Of a stretch of 47,504 nucleotides of DNA, positions 1-8,713 are shown in pieces. The notes beneath the pieces were generated by a model that saw only the letters and a program-made list of their open reading frames with translations, did not search any database and was not told where the DNA came from. The stretch is from an uncultured Methanosarcinales archaeon. GTDB taxonomy: Archaea > Nanobdellota > Nanobdellia > Woesearchaeales > DATDXC01. Every line of letters starts with the position of its first letter. Position 1 is the first letter of the stretch. Made by a program: the position numbers and the translations under genes. The stretch lies in contig CAZDZV010000012.1 of assembly GCA_964510025.1 (NCBI GenBank), positions 1 through 47,504 of the forward strand, read 5' to 3'.

Positions 1-10
1 GCCGTTTAAT

Positions 11-1753
11 GTGCAGTGCGACAAGCCCTCTGAGATCAATATAAAGCTGCCTGCACACTTCAGCGATCTTAGGCTGTTGACATGCAGGGGAAGCGATTGC
101 GCCGGGCCTCATCCTGTGACCATAACAGCAGAGGAGACTTTGGATCAGGATGGTTTTAGCGAAGATGCGGGCAAATCCTATCTTCATGAAACAGTCAGGG
201 TTCTGGAAAAGCCATCCTTGTTCTATCTGCAGGCCGTAGATGATCCCGAAATTACCCTTCCTTACACCCTTGATAAGAAGGTCTATGAAAAGAGCATAAC
301 AATCATGGCCCATGATGCAGGCAGGTGGATGTTCTTGGACAGCAGCATAGATAAGAAAGGCAAGATTGTCTCAGCAAGGATCCCATATGATTTGGTCGAT
401 GAAAATAATACAGTAAAGGCGGCAGTAGCAGGCGTAATCCAGGGTCTGGAGCAGCAGGGATTTATGATTCTGCAGGAGCCTTCAAGATTCAATGCAGCTG
501 CATTGCAGGGTTCTGCCATAACACTGCCATACAGCCTCAATAGGAAGGTGCAGGAGGACAGCCTGGTCATGCTTGCGAAAGAGAAGGGCAGCTGGATCCA
601 GGTAAAAAGCAGGCTTGATAAGGATGGTAAGATTTTGACAGCACAGATTGAAGATCTGCCTGACAAAGATCCCCTGGAGCTTGCAGTTGGAGGAAGTTTC
701 ATTGATGAGCATATAAATGCAACCTTAGACAGGATATATAATCCAGGATCCCGGGATGCTGTTGTTCTGGTGCATGGATTCGGCACAACCCCCGAAACCT
801 TCAGCTACCTTATTGAGGACATCAAGGAATCCAGACAGCCCTATCAGGTTTGGGCTTTCGGCTACAGCACAAGAAATTACATTGATAAGATAGCCAGCGA
901 CTTGGCAGGGATGCTTGACTCCAATATTGCTGAATATGACAGGCTCTACATTGTTACTCATAGCCTTGGCGGGATGATTGCCCAAAAAGCATTGCTGGAT
1001 TCATATGCTCTGGGCAGGCAGTTTGTAAGCAGGGTTGAAAAGGTGATTCTCATAGCTGCCCCTAACGAGGGCAGTGTTGTGGCAGATGCATATGAGAACC
1101 TGTTTTCGCTGCTTGTCAATGCCGCCAGCGGAATTGACGATATCTATGCTACCCATCCCCTGATTCTAGAGGACCTGAAAAAAGGGAACATGATCCCAAG
1201 GATAGCTGGTGTTGATTATTATGTCATAGCAGGCACAATGCCATATACACAAGGCCTTATGGGCTCTATCTCAAAGTCAATACCTGCAGAAATAAAGCAC
1301 GATGGTGTTGTCTCTACTCAAAGCGCCCGGAATATCGGGGGGGAATATGTTGATGATATGTGTAAAAATTATTGGGAAGTGAACATGACGCATATGGAGC
1401 TGGTTGATGACTTTACATCGAGACGGATAATAGGCAATATCATATCAGAACAGGTACAAAGGTCAAAAGCGCTCGGACAGACACAAACCTATACTTTTAC
1501 AGCTCAGTGCGCAGATGACCTGTTCTATCTGCCGATTGGAAAGAAGATAGGGGAAGACGCCATCATGGGCTGCAGCTGCGGAGATAAAATCTGCAGCTCC
1601 GATGAAAATATGTTCAGCTGTCCTGCAGACTGCGCCATCTTTCTGGCTCCTGAAAAAGGCAGCAATTTCCCTGCTATGCTCCTGGTAGCAGCTGTCGTAA
1701 TGGCGCTTATCATGCTCTATTTCAGAAGGCTTTCAAGAGGGAAAAATTTATAA
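11..1753 (+). CDS. Membrane-anchored alpha/beta-hydrolase (PGAP1/lipase-like) with duplicated beta-rich domains; 5' end probably outside the window
   Basis: VLVHGFG oxyanion motif, THSLGG nucleophile elbow, HDGVV and late His (THMEL); C-terminal Cys motif, TM helix and basic tail; reading frame is open to the window edge. Confidence 0.75.
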   Translation: MQCDKPSEINIKLPAHFSDLRLLTCRGSDCAGPHPVTITAEETLDQDGFSEDAGKSYLHETVRVLEKPSLFYLQAVDDPEITLPYTLDKKVYEKSITIMAHDAGRWMFLDSSIDKKGKIVSARIPYDLVDENNTVKAAVAGVIQGLEQQGFMILQEPSRFNAAALQGSAITLPYSLNRKVQEDSLVMLAKEKGSWIQVKSRLDKDGKILTAQIEDLPDKDPLELAVGGSFIDEHINATLDRIYNPGSRDAVVLVHGFGTTPETFSYLIEDIKESRQPYQVWAFGYSTRNYIDKIASDLAGMLDSNIAEYDRLYIVTHSLGGMIAQKALLDSYALGRQFVSRVEKVILIAAPNEGSVVADAYENLFSLLVNAASGIDDIYATHPLILEDLKKGNMIPRIAGVDYYVIAGTMPYTQGLMGSISKSIPAEIKHDGVVSTQSARNIGGEYVDDMCKNYWEVNMTHMELVDDFTSRRIIGNIISEQVQRSKALGQTQTYTFTAQCADDLFYLPIGKKIGEDAIMGCSCGDKICSSDENMFSCPADCAIFLAPEKGSNFPAMLLVAAVVMALIMLYFRRLSRGKNL

Positions 1754-1776
1754 GTAGCTCTGCTATTCTGAGCACC

Positions 1777-1986
1777 ATGGATAGAGAAACATTTAGGTTC
1801 ACAGCGGCATTTGTTCTTTCTCTGGCAATAATGCTGGTTTACTTGGGTTCATCTGTCACAGGATTTGTAACAGGCACCAGCCCAGGCTATATGTCTTTTG
1901 AAAGGGAAGGGAAAACTGCGCTGAATATGCTGATCATATTGGCTATGGTAGGTATAGCTGTAGCTTTCTACTCTAGAAAAAGTTAA
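1777..1986 (+). CDS. Small two-TM membrane protein
   Basis: Two hydrophobic helices with an SVTGFV motif after the first; TATA-like TTTATAAA about 25 nt upstream. Confidence 0.6.
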   Translation: MDRETFRFTAAFVLSLAIMLVYLGSSVTGFVTGTSPGYMSFEREGKTALNMLIILAMVGIAVAFYSRKS

Positions 1987-3416
1987 GGGCATCCATAGCC
2001 GGTACAGCAAGTGGGATTTCCGAAACACTGGCTGTCATCACAGTCAGTCCATCCGTCTTCTTCATTATCAGCCCCGTCACTGCAGTATTTTTCATAGCCG
2101 CAGTCAGCTTCGCATTCTTCACCCCAAGAGCAGCTGCCATCAGGACAGCTGCCGCCGACTTCAATACTGCATGCAACATCACACCCATCGCCATTGTCTA
2201 AAGGCGGCGCATCACAGTCAGCTGGATATCCAACACTGATACATCCATCATCGCACTCCTCTCCGGTATTAAGATAGCCGTCTCCGCAGATCCCTGCATC
2301 ACAGTCTATCATAGATATCTCACAGGCACCTGCATTATCAGCACACGTTAGGTCTCCAGCACTGTAGTCCTTGTCATAGAAATTGCATAAGGAGACGCCA
2401 TCGCCATAGAACCTGAATACATCAAGGTCGCATGGTTCGCCCTTGTTAAGATAGCCGTCATTGCATGCTCCCAAAGCGCATCCGGCCGTATCCACGCTGC
2501 AGCTTCCGTCGCATACAAGGTTTCCGGCGCTCAACTCATCATCATAATCATAGCATTTGTCTGTGCCGTCCCCAAAGTTTCTGAAGATAGCTGTATCGCA
2601 CCATTCTCCGGGATCGACATTCCCATCGCCGCATTCGTCCAGATTTTCTATCTGGCATGCCTCAGAACATCCATCATAATTATCAATATTCCCATCATCG
2701 CACTCCTCTCCGGCATCTATCTTTCCATCTCCGCATGCATTTTCAGATTCAAGCTGGCATGTTGATGAGCAGCCGTCCAGGCTGTCAGTATTCCCATCAT
2801 CGCACTCCTCTCCGGGATCATAAAGCCCGTTCCCGCATAGCGCAATATTATCAAGCTCGCAGTCAGTGCATCCATCCCCGTCGATCATATTTCCATCATC
2901 GCATTCCTCAGCCCCCTCTACCAGATCATTCCCGCATTCATAAGGGGCTGTGCCAGGAGCCACTGATACCACAATATCAGCTGTGACCGTTTTTACGAAT
3001 CCCCTTGGGTCTATTACCTGGATGACTCCTTTTACCTGCTTTTTCCTCTTCTCTGTCAGCTTCGGGCAATTGCCGTCTGGACCGTTTTTGTTGAATACAG
3101 CAGTCCTGGATTCTCCCTCAGATATGGTCAATCCGCCGCTGCTGGTATAGCAGTTGTTGTTCTCATCTGTAACATAGGATGAAGCCCCTATGACAAGAGG
3201 CTGTGCAAGAACATTCCTAAGATGAAGCTTGATTACTCCTGCTTCTCCGCTCCATGCATCGCAGAAAAGGCCCGATCCAGGAGGCACAAGACATTTCTCA
3301 GGCAGTATGCTTGATGGCTCTATAAAATTGATGACAGTGCCCATAACGACCAGTGCTACCAGTATAGCCCAGCCGTATGTCATTAGAAACTCCATGGCAG
3401 CTGCTTTTTTTTCCAT
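1983..3416 (-). CDS. Type IV pilin-like protein (class III signal peptide) with C-terminal Cys/Asp-rich repeats (Myxococcus Cys-rich/DUF4215-like)
   Basis: N-terminus KKAAAMEFLMTYGWAILV is typical of archaeal pilins; at least 6 repeats of C(G/N)(D/N)Gx4GExCD. Confidence 0.8.
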   Translation of the reverse strand: MEKKAAAMEFLMTYGWAILVALVVMGTVINFIEPSSILPEKCLVPPGSGLFCDAWSGEAGVIKLHLRNVLAQPLVIGASSYVTDENNNCYTSSGGLTISEGESRTAVFNKNGPDGNCPKLTEKRKKQVKGVIQVIDPRGFVKTVTADIVVSVAPGTAPYECGNDLVEGAEECDDGNMIDGDGCTDCELDNIALCGNGLYDPGEECDDGNTDSLDGCSSTCQLESENACGDGKIDAGEECDDGNIDNYDGCSEACQIENLDECGDGNVDPGEWCDTAIFRNFGDGTDKCYDYDDELSAGNLVCDGSCSVDTAGCALGACNDGYLNKGEPCDLDVFRFYGDGVSLCNFYDKDYSAGDLTCADNAGACEISMIDCDAGICGDGYLNTGEECDDGCISVGYPADCDAPPLDNGDGCDVACSIEVGGSCPDGSCSWGEECEADCGYEKYCSDGADNEEDGWTDCDDSQCFGNPTCCTGYGCP

Positions 3417-3581
3417 ATTTTTCCCTCTTTTTAAATTATAGTGCAGCCTGTCTTATTTAAATTTAATGGATTTGTTTTTGATTAACTAGACCTTTAATAA
3501 ATATATATTATAATATTTAATAGATTTTATATTATAAAATACATAAAATATATAAACCTGCTTACATACAGCCATTAGAAT

Positions 3582-3725
3582 ATGTCTAAAAAGGCAATTT
3601 CAGCCACAATTGATGAAGATCTGATTAGATGGATAGACTCAGAGATAAGCGACAAGAGAAAATACAGAAACAAGTCACATCTTATTGAGATTGCTATCGA
3701 GACATTCAAAAATAGGGGTGAATGA
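3582..3725 (+). CDS. Ribbon-helix-helix (CopG/MetJ-like) transcription regulator, 47 aa; missing from the ORF track
   Basis: Manual translation MSKKAISATIDEDLIRWIDSEISDKRKYRNKSHLIEIAIETFKNRGE fits the RHH pattern; stop overlaps the ATPase start (ATGA). Confidence 0.8.
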   Translation: MSKKAISATIDEDLIRWIDSEISDKRKYRNKSHLIEIAIETFKNRGE

Positions 3726-6013
3726 TGGCGCTGTTTAACAATAGGGATGCTTTTTCATATGATTTGTCCAGGGAAGGGGATGAGGTTATCCTTACCATCG
3801 ACTGCCTTAACTATCCCAGGCTTCCCTCACTTGAAGACGATCCCATGACAATGGCCAGAGCCTGTGACATACTGACCGAGGTTCCTCATGCCACCAAGAT
3901 CATCTTCAAACAGAAGCGCAACTATGAATACGATGCCTCTCAGGTGCCTCTTCTTGCAGAGATCGCAAGACTTTATTCAAGGCTTGCCGTGGAAAAAGAC
4001 CTGATAGGGTACAGCTCGCTAATCTCCTACCCTAAATGCACGAAATGCACAAACGGTTGGTATGCAAAGCTCAGGTATACGGTGTCCAACCGCCTTAAGA
4101 CAGACCCTATAGGGGCCTATGTAGAGCTTAAAAGGGCAATACGCGAAGAAAAGATAAAGGCAGAAAAGACAACAGATTCAAGATGCTACAAGTGCGAGCA
4201 GAATTATATATCGGTTCTTGAAAAACTGTTGTCGCTTTTGGATAAAACACAGCTCATAGCTACAGCAAAGCCCTACCTGGCAGGCTATAAGCTTGGGGAC
4301 AGGGGCATCTACAGGCGTATATTTGTTCCGATTATCCGCCCTGATTTTATGTACACCAAACTGATGTCTGAGTACCCGCTTGATGCAGACGAGGTGGATA
4401 GCTATAAGGTAAACAATAGCCAGGTGACAATCTTTGAGCTTCCAGACACTGTGCAGTCTCTTTATCACGTGGTGCCGCCGGAATTCCGTTTGTCAGAAGA
4501 CCAATACGAGCTGCTTGATACCGCAAGAGACATAATGGCTGAGCACAAGCCCACAAAAGAGGAATTTGTTGATCCGCAGCGCATGCGAAGGGTCTTCTTT
4601 AATGTCGGGAAGGACCTCCTTCAGGAGCTAATAGAGCACAAGGGCATAAAGATGACCCAGAAGCAGCTGGATGAGCTGGCCAACATACTTGTCAGATACA
4701 CAGTCGGCTTTGGGCTTATAGAGGTTCTTATGCAGGATAAGAAAGTGCAGGACATCACTATAAACAGCCCAATGGCAGAGATCCCGATCTTCCTTGTGCA
4801 CCAGGATTACGGCGACTGCTACACAAACATCCTGCCTACAAGGGCAGAATCAGAATCCTGGGCATCTAAATTAAGGATGATATCTGGCAGGCCTTTGGAT
4901 GAGGCAAACCCAATACTGGATACCGAGCTTATCCTTCCCGAGGCAAGGGCAAGGGTTGCCGTAATTTCACCCCCTTTGAATCCTACTGGCTTGGCATATG
5001 CCTTCAGGAGGCACCGTGACGAGCCATGGACCCTGCCCCTATTCCTTTCAAACAGGATGCTGAATCCTCTTGCAGCGGGTATCCTTAGCTTCCTGATTGA
5101 TGGAAGCAGGACCATGCTTATTGCCGGAACAAGGTCAGCAGGAAAGACCTCTCTTCTGGGCAGCATACTTACAGAGATAATGAGGAAGTACCGGGTAATA
5201 ACCATTGAAGACACTTTAGAGCTGCCGGTATCATCCTTACGCAAGCTTGGCTATAATATCCAGTCTATGAAGGTAGGCGCAGCCATGACAAAAGGCACAG
5301 CTGAGGTGCCAGCCGATGAGGGAATAAGGACCACTCTAAGGATGGGCGACTCTTCTCTTATAATAGGAGAAGTGAGGAGCACAGAAGCAAAAGCCCTGTA
5401 TGAGGCGATGCGCGTAGGCGCAATGGCAAATGTTGTGGCAGGCACGATTCATGGAGATTCGCCTTATGGTGTTTTTGACAGGGTTGTTAATGACCTGGGT
5501 GTTCCAAGAACGAGCTTCAAGGCTACTGATATCGTGGTGGTGACAAATCCTATCAGGAGCTCTGACGGACTTCACAGGTGGCGGAGGATCACACAGATAA
5601 CAGAGATAAGGAAGCAGTGGGAGCAGGATCCCCTTCTCGAGAACGGCTTCGTGGATCTTATGAAATACGACACAAAGAAAGACGAGTTGGAGCCTTCGTC
5701 AGATTTGATAAACGGCGAGTCAGATGTGCTTAAGGCTATAGCAGGAAGTGTAAAAGAGTGGGCAGGAAACTGGGATGCTGTATGGGATAATATCCTGCTG
5801 AGGGCAAAGATAAAGAAGACAATGGTGGATTGTTCAGTTAAGAGCAAGATGCCGTCTATGCTTGAAGCAGGCTTTGTCATTCATGCCAACGACCAGTTCC
5901 ATAAGATATCCGACAGGATCCGGGAGGAGGTGGGCAGCCTCGACTCCAAAAGGATATTTTTTGACTGGAACGAATGGCTTAAGAGATATGTAAAGAAATC
6001 AAGGATAAAATGA
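3722..6013 (+). CDS. Type II/IV secretion system ATPase (PilB/TadA/ArlI family)
   Basis: Walker A GTRSAGKT, Asp box TIEDTLEL, Walker B LIIGEVR, GTIHG His box. Confidence 0.92.
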   Translation: MMALFNNRDAFSYDLSREGDEVILTIDCLNYPRLPSLEDDPMTMARACDILTEVPHATKIIFKQKRNYEYDASQVPLLAEIARLYSRLAVEKDLIGYSSLISYPKCTKCTNGWYAKLRYTVSNRLKTDPIGAYVELKRAIREEKIKAEKTTDSRCYKCEQNYISVLEKLLSLLDKTQLIATAKPYLAGYKLGDRGIYRRIFVPIIRPDFMYTKLMSEYPLDADEVDSYKVNNSQVTIFELPDTVQSLYHVVPPEFRLSEDQYELLDTARDIMAEHKPTKEEFVDPQRMRRVFFNVGKDLLQELIEHKGIKMTQKQLDELANILVRYTVGFGLIEVLMQDKKVQDITINSPMAEIPIFLVHQDYGDCYTNILPTRAESESWASKLRMISGRPLDEANPILDTELILPEARARVAVISPPLNPTGLAYAFRRHRDEPWTLPLFLSNRMLNPLAAGILSFLIDGSRTMLIAGTRSAGKTSLLGSILTEIMRKYRVITIEDTLELPVSSLRKLGYNIQSMKVGAAMTKGTAEVPADEGIRTTLRMGDSSLIIGEVRSTEAKALYEAMRVGAMANVVAGTIHGDSPYGVFDRVVNDLGVPRTSFKATDIVVVTNPIRSSDGLHRWRRITQITEIRKQWEQDPLLENGFVDLMKYDTKKDELEPSSDLINGESDVLKAIAGSVKEWAGNWDAVWDNILLRAKIKKTMVDCSVKSKMPSMLEAGFVIHANDQFHKISDRIREEVGSLDSKRIFFDWNEWLKRYVKKSRIK

Positions 6014-8136
6014 GCGAATATCTTAACGATCTTCATATGAAATACAAGCAGCGGATAGAGCAGGAGCTGGGCATAAAACTGCCAAAGAGGGAAGGCTCTA
6101 AGGAATATAAGCAGTTCAGGGATGAGATTAAGCCCACGCACCATTCGTTCTATGAGAAGGCATGCGCATTCAGCGAAGGTCTTCTGAAGATAAAGCCTGA
6201 CAAGTCAAAGCAAGCAGACCTGCAGGAGAGCATCAATATAGCTCATCTCAACATAACACCTTCAGGAGCAGCATCCTTTGGACTGCTGGCGCCAATAGCG
6301 ATCATGCTCTTCGGCTCCCTTATCTCATTTGCTATATTCCAGTCTCTCTTCTTCGTGTTCTTTTTCTTGATAATGGGGGTCTCGCTGATCAGCCAGTTTG
6401 GCCGGCTGCCCATACTTATTGCAAACAGCTGGCGCCTAAAGGCATCCAACCAGATGGTGCTTTGCATATTCTATGTTGTTACATACATGCGCCACAGCTC
6501 AAACCTTGAAGGCGCAATCCAGTTCGCTTCCGAACATCTCACTCCCCCGCTGAGCCTTGATCTGAGGAAAGTGCTCTGGGATGTTGAGACAGGAAAATTT
6601 TCAACAGTGCATGAGTCCCTTGATTTCTACCTTGAAAAATGGAAGAAATGGAATTTTGAGTTTATAGAATCATTTCATCTGGTCGAATCTTCCCTCTATG
6701 AGGGGGCTGAAGCAAAAAGGCTGGAGACTCTCGATAGGGCCCTTGATGTCATACTTAGCGAAACCTACGAGAAGATGCTGCACTATGCCCATAACCTGAA
6801 ATCACCTATAACAATGCTGCATATGCTCGGTATAATCCTGCCGATACTCGGCCTTGTAATCCTGCCGTTGATTGTTAGCTTCCTGGCAGAGATAAGATGG
6901 TTCCATATAGCGGCTATATACAATATTGCATTGCCTCTTATTGTTTATTATCTGGGAAAGAGCATACTGAGCACAAGGCCCACAGGATACGGCGACACAG
7001 ATATATCAGAACAGAATCCAGAGCTGAAAAAATATAAGAATATCCTCATAAAGGTCGGGAACCAGGAGCTGAAGATAAATCCTGTATTCGTCTCTATTTT
7101 TGTAGGCATGGTCTTGTTGATGCTGGGGCTGAGCCCGGTGATACTTCATGCGATGAATCCTGAATTTGACACCGTATTTATGGGTGGCAAGTTCCAGCTC
7201 TTAGGCTACAAAGCTACGACAGACACCGTAAAGGGCCCCTACGGCCTAGGTGCATCCTTCCTCAGCGTTCTTGTTACAATAAGCTTTGGCCTGGCCTTCG
7301 GCCTCTACTTTAAGCTCAAGTCCTCTAATGTAATCTCTATAAGGGAGAAGTCAAAGAACCTTGAGACAGAGTTCGCATCCTCCATATTCCAGCTCGGGAA
7401 CCGCCTTGGTGATGGCATACCTATAGAGATGGCTGTTGGCAAGGTGTCATCTTCCATGCAGGGAACCCTGTCTGGAAATTTCTTCCAGATAGTCAGCTCA
7501 AATATCCGCAGGCTGGGCATGGATATTAACCAGGCAATCTTTGACAAGAGATATGGCGCTTTGGTGTATTTTCCTTCCAACATAATAGAGAGCAGTATGA
7601 AAGTCCTTACAGAGAGCATCAAGAAAGGCCCCAAGGTGGCGGCAAATGCTCTTATGAATATCTCGAGATACATAAAGGAGATACATAAGGTAAACGAACG
7701 CTTGAAGGATTTGATGGCCGATATAATAGCCTCTATGACAACACAGATTAAGTTCATGAGCCCGGTGATAGCGGGCATAGTCGTAGGTATTACATCGATG
7801 GTTACGTTTATCATTGGGAAGCTTACAGACAAGATGCAGTCAGTAGGGTCCGGCTCTGATCTTGGCGGGGTTGGAGTGGCAACCTCCCTTTTTACAGAAG
7901 GCATACCCACATACTATTTTCAGATTATAGTGGGCATATACGTGCTGCAGATCGTGTACATACTTACCATACTCTCTCACGGCATATCGAATGGCTCTGA
8001 CAAGCTTGGAGAGAATTTTGAGATAGGCAGGAACCTGATCAGGTCGACGCTTCTTTATTCATTTGTTGCAGCTGCTATAATGTTCATCTTCAATCTGATA
8101 GCTGCAACTATCCTGCAGACAACAATAGCAATATAA
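6010..8136 (+). CDS. Type IV pilus membrane platform protein (PilC/TadC/ArlJ-like, two T2SSF-like halves)
   Basis: Polytopic membrane protein overlapping the ATPase stop; cytoplasmic domains alternate with TM clusters. Confidence 0.8.
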   Translation: MSEYLNDLHMKYKQRIEQELGIKLPKREGSKEYKQFRDEIKPTHHSFYEKACAFSEGLLKIKPDKSKQADLQESINIAHLNITPSGAASFGLLAPIAIMLFGSLISFAIFQSLFFVFFFLIMGVSLISQFGRLPILIANSWRLKASNQMVLCIFYVVTYMRHSSNLEGAIQFASEHLTPPLSLDLRKVLWDVETGKFSTVHESLDFYLEKWKKWNFEFIESFHLVESSLYEGAEAKRLETLDRALDVILSETYEKMLHYAHNLKSPITMLHMLGIILPILGLVILPLIVSFLAEIRWFHIAAIYNIALPLIVYYLGKSILSTRPTGYGDTDISEQNPELKKYKNILIKVGNQELKINPVFVSIFVGMVLLMLGLSPVILHAMNPEFDTVFMGGKFQLLGYKATTDTVKGPYGLGASFLSVLVTISFGLAFGLYFKLKSSNVISIREKSKNLETEFASSIFQLGNRLGDGIPIEMAVGKVSSSMQGTLSGNFFQIVSSNIRRLGMDINQAIFDKRYGALVYFPSNIIESSMKVLTESIKKGPKVAANALMNISRYIKEIHKVNERLKDLMADIIASMTTQIKFMSPVIAGIVVGITSMVTFIIGKLTDKMQSVGSGSDLGGVGVATSLFTEGIPTYYFQIIVGIYVLQIVYILTILSHGISNGSDKLGENFEIGRNLIRSTLLYSFVAAAIMFIFNLIAATILQTTIAI

Positions 8137-8151
8137 ATGGGGACGCCGGAA

Positions 8152-8170
8152 CTTTCAATGCATATGCATA
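8152..8170 (-). other. tRNA intron at position 59/60 with a strict bulge-helix-bulge
   Basis: CCGGA-TTCA-AAT-ATGC-ATAT-GCAT-TGAA-AGT-TCCGG: 4-bp central helix with two 3-nt bulges. Confidence 0.88.
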
Positions 8171-8209
8171 TTTGAATCCGGGACTCCTACGTCTTCAGCG
8201 TAGTGCTCT

Positions 8210-8236
8210 TTCCTGCTTAAAGCAAAGACTTTAAGT
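8210..8236 (-). other. tRNA intron in the D-loop (about position 20a/21) with a relaxed BHB/BHL motif
   Basis: CCTG-GGA-CTTAAAG-TCTTTG-CTTTAAG-CAGG-AAA: CCTG/CAGG helix, 3-nt bulge, 7-bp intron stem. Confidence 0.85.
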
Positions 8237-8305
8237 CCCAGGCTGAGCTACGTCCCCTTTTAGTGAATCAGAACTAAATGTTCATTTATAAATATTATGA
8301 AAAAA

Positions 8306-8692
8306 TTATCCAATATACTCTTCATCATTTACAGGCTCTTCTGAAAGCTGCTCCTTCTCTTCCTGAAATTCTTCTTTTGGGGCATTTGTAAAGACTTCTG
8401 GTTTCTTGTCCTTCACTTCCATCTTCCCGAATTTTCCTGTTGTAAGCTGTTTTTCTCCCTGAAACTCGTTGACATAGCCGTTTGTTATCTGCACTGTGTC
8501 GCCCACGCTGACCAAATCTATCTGCTCATTCCAGAGTGTGAGGATTATCTCTCCGCTAGCATCCTTGGCTTTGGCGCTGCATACCCTCCCCTTTTTGCCG
8601 AATTTTTCAAACTCTCTTACATCTCCCTTTTCGGTTACTTCCAGCACTATATCTACATTTCCCTGCCTTGCCTGAAGGTCTTTGACTCCCAT
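8306..8692 (-). CDS. ssb: Single OB-fold single-stranded DNA-binding protein (SSB/RPA) with acidic tail
   Basis: KDASGEIILTLWNEQ...GDTVQITNGYVNEFQGEKQL OB-fold signature; ATG at 8692 preferred. Confidence 0.85.
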   Translation of the reverse strand: MGVKDLQARQGNVDIVLEVTEKGDVREFEKFGKKGRVCSAKAKDASGEIILTLWNEQIDLVSVGDTVQITNGYVNEFQGEKQLTTGKFGKMEVKDKKPEVFTNAPKEEFQEEKEQLSEEPVNDEEYIG

Positions 8693-8713
8693 TATGGGAT
8701 AAGAAATCAATAT

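Larger units (their letters stand above)
8138..8257 (-). tRNA. tRNA-Phe(GAA) with two non-canonical introns (27 nt in the D-loop, 19 nt in the T-loop)
   Basis: Acceptor GGGGACG/CGTCCCC+A, D-stem GCTC/GAGC, anticodon arm CTACG-CTGAAGA-CGTAG, T-stem CCGGA/TCCGG; removing both introns gives a 74-nt cloverleaf; TTTATAAA box about 27 nt upstream. Confidence 0.93.

Noticed and set aside
3722..8136. Archaellum (arlI/arlJ) operon
   Set aside because: No archaellin, arlH or arlF/G nearby; more consistent with a type IV pilus system
8138..8160. Integrated element att site at the tRNA 3' end
   Set aside because: No duplicate of the tRNA 3' sequence and no integrase seen in the window
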